Below, piece by piece: positions 44,425 to 51,366 of a stretch of DNA of 51,366 nucleotides; position 1 is the stretch's first letter, and each line of letters starts with the position of its first letter. Where the stretch lies: assembly GCA_018398765.1 (NCBI GenBank), contig JAHBMJ010000278.1, forward strand, positions 1-51,366, written 5' to 3'. This stretch comes from Chromera velia (lineage: Eukaryota). The notes beneath the pieces are model-generated. The model was not told the origin of the DNA and did no database searches. It saw only the letters and a program-made list of their open reading frames with translations. Position numbers and translations under genes: made by a program.

Positions 44425-47400
44425 CACTATACGGTTAGGAGTAACTACTGGGGGTTTTGAGGGTTACACACCGTAGCCTTATTTACCATAAATTTGGTAT
44501 TAAACCAACGATTGGTAACTAGGGGGGTCCAAGGACCTTACCACTACCATGGTAATTGATAGCTAGCTAGGGGCTCCAGCATTCAACAAAAAAAAAACGT
44601 TTCAAAAGTTTTTTGACGCGAATTAACATGTACGATAAAATGATTCCATCAATATGTAAAAAAAAGGAACAAAGTTTCTCCGGTTTGAAGGAAGGACTGA
44701 AGATGGCAGCCGTGCCATAGTGTATGACAGTCCTGCATATATGTGTGGCCGAAGAGGAGGACTCCGAGCAGGAATACTAGATTTACCCACTAGTTTATCT
44801 AGCTTCAAAGAACGATTGTAGGGCCTGTACGAGGCGCCGCCGCGAGGCTGGCGGGGCACTTATCTGCTTAACAGGCTGCTCGCATGGAGTATGGACGTAG
44901 AATCGATGAGCGCGTGCGTCTGTACACTGATCGATACTTGCAACGAAGCATGTGTTCTGTTTGAAGCCATTGAAAGGGTATGATGATGGACTTAGCAATA
45001 TGACCATTGATTGTCAAACCTTCTGTCTAGTGAACTCCCTCAAGACCAGTCTGTATGTTGAGCCTCTGCCATCTAGCCACCACACTGCTAAGAAGCCATT
45101 GTAATAGATTGAGCCCCGTACACCTTTAATAGATTGGTTAGCAGAGCTTCTGGTTACATGGGGAGGCAGTGTTTGTTGGCTTTCTGAAACTTTATTGTAT
45201 TGACAAGAAGAGAAAATGGGCAGAGGTTTCTTACCACTGTGTACAAGGTCTGTACTGATCATAGTGCTGTGCCAGCTTGCCAGTGGAAAAGTCATTGAGG
45301 GAGAAGAGATTCCGTCTCCTGTTTGTTGTTTGTTCTTTGTCGTCTGCTTTGGGTTCTTGCTGAAGATTTTTCTGAAGATGGAATCGGCGCCTGTGTCTTT
45401 CGTCCTCGCCACCTGCTCGGGGGATGGGAATGGACTAGGGCGAGGAGAAGACCGGAAGAAGAATTTTTAAGGAGGGAGTGAGACGAAGACTGAAGGAACT
45501 GACGGTCGTTTCTGGCTGCGATGGAGTACAAAGTGCTCATGCCCAACAAGTGCCCCGTTGATGAAAGAACTTATAGGAAGAGAAGTCTGGAGGGAAGACT
45601 TCAAGTTATTTTTCTTGTCGCTCTCTGTTTGCTTTTGTGTGGTGCCTCAGTGCATGGGGAATTCTCTGTGTGTACATGTAGTGACTGCAGGTGCAGTGAT
45701 CTCCAAGTGGAGGCCCTGGGGGACGCTGGTGGCAGTGCGCACGGCAGAACCTTCTGCAAGGGGCTCTACTGCACTGTGCAGAGGGAAGAGGAAGACGGGG
45801 GATTGCTAGATTCTGCGGGAAGCTCGGAGTGTATCCGGGATGGCTGTTTCGATGTTGGAGTTGAGGCTTGTGAGGAAGAAGAAAGAGCAACAAGAGGAGG
45901 TAGGTTCGCTGGCTGTGTCTCAAAAACTTTATGTCGCCTTCTAAATAAACAGTAGTGCCATGGGGGCACGGCGACATACTCACAAGGCAGTGAATCTATG
46001 GGGATTGAGTTTTGGGAAATTTGTTTTAGGAGGAGGAAGGATGGGGTGTGAGAAGGAAGGAGACTGTGTCATACAGTGTTGAGGTGGTTGTGGCTTTGGG
46101 TGGTTCGTTCTCTTGCAGTGTCTCTCTGCATCCTGACTTTCTTATTTCTCCAGATAAGAAGATATCATGGGGATTCAGGTGGTTGAGATGAAGGGAGAGA
46201 AAAGAAAAAAAGAAAAGAATGAAGTGAAGGTTGGAGGTGAGAGAGGAGATTGCCATACGAGAAGAACACAGGAAGAAAGAACAATCATTGGAGAAGCAGA
46301 GAAGCAATTCTTGTGGGGAAATGAATGTGGGGATGAGGATGGTGATGATGGGTCTCGATTTGTCTTTGCTTTCCCCTTTACACTCTGATTCCATTCCTTC
46401 TGTCCATCTTCATATTGCATTGGGGGTTGTATAAATTTTCCACTTCCCGAAAGTGTTCTGTCCTATCTGGGCCAGGGGGAGAAGAAAGAAGAAGTCGAGA
46501 GCTGTCGTCTGGGTGCACGTTAGGGATTATGCAAGTGCTTTGTTTTTCTGGCTGTCTCTGCCTATTGTCTTCACTTTCCCTCTGTGTGTCTGTCTATCTG
46601 GGTATTGGGGGGGAGAGTGAAAGGAAATGTAAGAAAGTAGATGAGTTCCAAAAGAGACGCACAGATGACAGAAACTGAAGAGAGAGTACACCTGAAGAGA
46701 GGAGCGTAGGTCTTCACGATCCTTATCACTCTGTGTCTGTTCTGTTCTTAAGTCAGAGACAGACGGAGTAGAAAGGAACGGAGTGTCCATGGAACTCTCG
46801 CTGTTTTGTTACGGTTGCTGTACTACTCCCCTGAGTCGTTTGATTGAGTCCCACTCAAGGTTGAGTGTGACTGAGAGGTGTGTGCAGAGAGCAAGTTGTA
46901 GTCTCTCCTGTGTGCAGAGACTGAGTGAGAATAGAAGAACACGTGGGGCAGTACATGTAAGAAGAGAATGAAGAGCTGAGTGGGGAGAATAGCCAGCATC
47001 AGTACAAAATAAGTGACCATGACACTAACGCAACGAACGAGAAGAGTGCAGATCAGAGAGAGTCACTGAGAGTGTGTTGATTCTGTTTAATCGCGTTCTC
47101 TAGTTCCATGATGGTCTTGTTCAAAGAAAAGCGTACACCGTTTGTGGCTGCATTTGTACGTGTGTAGTCGCAGTGTTTCGGAAATTCCTGCAGAGTTCAC
47201 CTAGCAGGTTGGACATATTCTGCAGAGCATCAAGCAAAACATCACCACCTCGTAGTAGGGGTAGCAGCAGACAGCGTTCAGAGAACGGAAGCGCGAACGA
47301 AGTGTGTCTGAAAGAGTATGGAGCTGCACATCAATAAGCAAGCTACGTATGAATTCGGCCTTGGCGCAGCGGGGGGTCCGAGGGGAGAAGACAAATTTTT

Positions 47401-48238
47401 TAAATGGAGAGGTGTAGAGAGGGTAGCATGTGCAGCATACTGAGTGTTTTGTAGGCTGGAGATGGGAGGCATTGCAGTCCTTTAGAACTGGAGGCCAGCA
47501 TGTACCCTGAACAGTCGACTGGTAATTGAGCGCTCAGGGGCTCCAGCAGATGGCGTAAGAGGGTGTACTGAGCCAAACACTTGCGTTTCGGAGGTCGACT
47601 GCAGATGTGTATGCAGATTCAAGCCTATTGATTGGTGTTGTGTGGTCACTTGATTCCCGTTTTTATTAGCTCGTTTGCTTTAATTGAGAGCGGGCAGATG
47701 TAGGGTGAGATGGTGAGAGACGGTGAGAGAAAAGAAAGGAAATGTGAGCCGAGCGTGGACGTTGGCCTTGGCAAGCGGGCAGATGTAGGGCTTGTACGAG
47801 GCGCCGCCGCGAGGCTGGCGGGGCACTTATCTGCTTGACAGGCTGTTTGCATGGAGTATGGGCGTGGGATTGATGAGCGCGTGCGTCTGTGTACTGATCG
47901 ATACTTGCAGCAAAGCATGCGTTCTGTTTGAAGCCATTGAAAGGGTATGATGATAGACTTAGCAGTATGACCATTGATTGTCAAACCTTCTGTCTAGTGA
48001 ACTCCCTCAAGACCAGTCTGTATGTTGAGTCTCTGTCATCTAGCCACCACATTGCTAAGAAGCCATTATAATAGATTAAGCCCCGTACACCTTTAATAAC
48101 GATTATCCTAGCAATTATTAGTGTTTTGGTTACTAAAACAATGGTAATCAATATAACTCTGCATGATTACCGTAACCACGATTCTGGTTACCGCGCGGCA
48201 GTTACCATCCTAATTTGGTTACTCCTAACCGTATAGTG
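44425..48238. mobile_element. ~530-bp MITE (TA TSD, CACTA-starting 21-bp TIR; Tc1/mariner- or CMC-type) split by an LTR element
   Basis: Perfect TIR CACTATACGGTTAGGAGTAAC at 44425-44445 and its reverse complement at 48218-48238; TA at 44423-44424 and 48239-48240. Confidence 0.9.
44817..48098 (+). mobile_element. Complete non-autonomous Gypsy-related LTR element (3.3 kb) with 5-bp TSD ACGAT
   Basis: 315-bp LTRs at 44817-45131 and 47784-48098; TSD ACGAT 44812-44816 and 48099-48103; PBS-like TGGTTAGCAGAGC after the 5' LTR; PPT GGCAAGCGGGCAGA; possible RNase H remnant YKVCTDHSAV (~45242-45271); no intact gag/pol. Confidence 0.95.
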
Positions 48239-48382
48239 TAGATAAGTTTAGGATAAGATCATATTAAGATAGAGTAGGATTGATATTCTTGGTATTACCT
48301 GCTATGCTCCACTACTTTAAAGGCGTATACCATCGTTGGTCTGTCTGCGGCTTCGTTCAGCACTAGTTAGCACTGATTGAAC

Positions 48383-48610
48383 CTAGGTGTTGGCTAAAGA
48401 AAAAAAAAAATAAGCGTTTAGAGGAAATCTTTTTTTTTTCTTTCTTTTTTACTTTTTGAACCTTAACAGCACTTAACAACAGTTGTGCAAGTTGTAGCAC
48501 AACATATGAATAACACTTGTGTAACGCTCAAATAACAGTTGTTTGACTGAAAAAGAAAAAAAGTAAAGGGTTTTAGGGGATCTTTTTTTTTTTTTTTAGC
48601 CGATGCCTAG
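48383..48610. mobile_element. 228-bp MITE with CTAGG termini and 8-bp TSD GATTGAAC
   Basis: GATTGAAC at 48375-48382 and 48611-48618; TIR CTAGGTGTTGGCTAAAGAAA / CTAGGCATCGGCTAAAAAAA. Confidence 0.88.
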
Positions 48611-48885
48611 GATTGAACTGGATACGTAGGCAACCTACTAGTAGCCAACTATATATAACCAGCGTGCTTTTCACACAATGAATTGATCCATTTACTTCAA
48701 TTATTTAGTATAGTATATAACTAAGTATATGAAAGGACCGTTTTTTTTTTTTCGTGAAGGGAATTCAAAGAATCAACAAACAGTTGTTTCCCTAGCTGTT
48801 TCCACATACATAAATTACAACAATGGAGTTATCACATAAAAACACGGTACTCTGTTTATAACAGAAGGTTTATATAAGTAATGGC

Positions 48886-50768
48886 TGAGGGTAGCGCGTA
48901 CCTGGGGAGGCTAGGAGATGATATTAGGAGGACACACACTCACTACGTACATGTAGAATTTTGATCATGCAGGTCGTGTTCAGGGAAGACATCACTTCGC
49001 ACAGATGCAGTCAGCCTAGTGTCTGACCAACAGACAGACGTGCACGTGCATATATGCATGTAATAGTGACTGTGATACTAGTCACTCTATCTATCTTTCC
49101 ATCCATCTAGGATCGGCTGTCATGCAAGTTACTACTCACCCCCTCATGGCAGACGATCATACAAACATACGAGTTCACATATAGATCGAATCCCCAAACC
49201 CGATTGGCTTGGTGAGAGCATTCGCTGCCTGCACCTCACGAGGGACCCAAATCACTTTTGTCTTCACTTGCCTGCATCTCTGAATGCACCAGTCGAGCTG
49301 CTTCTGCATTCTAGTATCGGATTCGGCCACACCAGATCGGATCTGATTGTAGAGCGGATTGCAGTCAATCAAGAACTCGACTGGCATGTCTTTCTGAAGA
49401 GACCGACCAAACAAAATCAGACGGGGAGCTTTCTTCAGGCATTCTTCCCATCCCACTGTTTCTGACGCAGTCGAACTCCCCAGCTTCCCTGTCGCACGCA
49501 TTGACCTCCATGCAAACACATTGTAGAGCTGATCACCTGCTTTCCATGCAAGGTCCACCAACAATGCAAGCCATGCATGTCTCCCTGAGTACCTCTCTCT
49601 TTCAAACGACGAATCAACGAAGAAGACCATCTTCAGCAGGCCAGAACGAGACAGTCTGCGAAGATTCAAACCTTCTGGGTCATTCTTGATTGCATTCAGA
49701 ATGCGAACAGCGATGTCCAGGTGACGCTTTGTGGGTGTGTGTGTGTATTTGGACAGGACATCATACCAGACACGCCGGAATGGAGACAGCCTCCCTCCCC
49801 ACCCCAGGCATCCGACCACCGTCGCATACACTTCCTTGAGAGACATGTCAGGCACTTCATCTTCCTTCAACTCAAGATCTTTCTCTGTGCATGAAAAAGT
49901 TGCCCCCACCCCCTTTCGTGAAATCTTGAATTCATGAAACAACTTCTCAGTGTCCACCCCCTGAAGATAGGAAGTCATGGACACTTTACATTCACGTTCA
50001 TTCCCTTAAAAATCCATGCCTGAATACTTGAAATGATATGAACGCATGTCAAGCTTTCTAATCTTTCCGAATTCCATTTCACCCTGCAGATGACGAATCA
50101 ACAAATCAATCGACCCAAACCCAATCATGCCAAACACATCATCGATCCAATTTACGAGCACATTCTTCTTTTCGTCAAGTGCAATGCCCAATTCCACTCT
50201 CATGAACCCCGCCCTTCCAGCCGCCCCGACCCACTTGTCATCAAACAGCTTGGAGGACACAGGCATTCCGTAGAGCCCCCGCTTCACCTCACGGATCTGT
50301 CCGGGTCTCAGGCTTCTTGCGTACTTCTTGATTCTCTCCCACTTCTTGGGCTTCATCTCGGGGTAGGGACAGACGTTTGGAATGGGGGGCATCCATTCTG
50401 GCATGCGGGTATACATCCTCTCTGCATTGTTATCATCTGACTGCAGAAAAGCACCTTTCACATCACCGACAAAGAACTGCAGTGAGTGAGCCAGAGCCCA
50501 AATGATGCAAAGAAAAATCAGGGCAGGGAGAGGGGTACCTGTGAAGGTATCAATTTTTCTTTTGTCTCTGAACCCCCTGGCAAAGCATCGCGCCTTAGCC
50601 ACCCTCTTTTTCGACTTGGGAAGAGAGTATCTGCGAGAAACGCCCCCGTTCGGCCCCACTGGAGGCTTTGTTTCCTTTTCTCCCTTTCTTTTCTCCTCTT
50701 CCTTTTCCTTCCACGTCAATCTCCATCCCAGATCCATCACTGTCTTCACTTTCCGTCACATTGCGATA
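48886..50768 (-). mobile_element. Ty1/Copia LTR retrotransposon 3' part (RT, RNase H, PPT, putative 3' LTR 48886-49138), interrupted at 50769
   Basis: RT: KARCFARGF, GDVKGAFLQ, KRGLYGM, VNWIDD; RNase H: FVDSSF, STASE, LIDC, QAANALTK; one in-frame TAA at 50006-50008 joins ORFs 50006..50749 and 49175..49984; PPT GAGGGGG before TGAG..; LTR ends TGAG..CTCA are inferred. Confidence 0.9.

Positions 50769-51366
<598 letters not shown>

Overview
Eukaryotic, intron-rich, microsatellite-dense draft sequence (contains N gaps). The style resembles an alveolate/chromerid-type protist, but that is inference only. Three spliced host genes occupy the middle: a WD40-repeat protein (- strand, ~12.8-19.0 kb), a vWA + RING/RBR-type E3 ligase (+, 19.9-25.9 kb) and a class I cyclic-nucleotide phosphodiesterase (+, 29.5-40.4 kb). 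Both ends of the window are nests of decayed transposons: a chromodomain Ty3/Gypsy element split by a DNA transposon, a hAT-like element with a nested element, TA-flanked MITEs, a complete non-autonomous LTR element with target-site duplication (TSD), a Ty1/Copia element and a further LTR element. Most notable: (1) repeats appear to decay almost only by C>T/G>A transitions in all dinucleotide contexts (20 of 20 differences between two sister LTRs by manual alignment), a RIP-like signature; (2) two members of a tRNA-like Pol III-type family with conserved acceptor/T arms and a variable anticodon-arm insert, each just upstream of and co-oriented with a protein gene; (3) DNA transposons with unusual 5'-CTA termini and 8-bp TSDs. 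All alignments and coordinates were done by eye.
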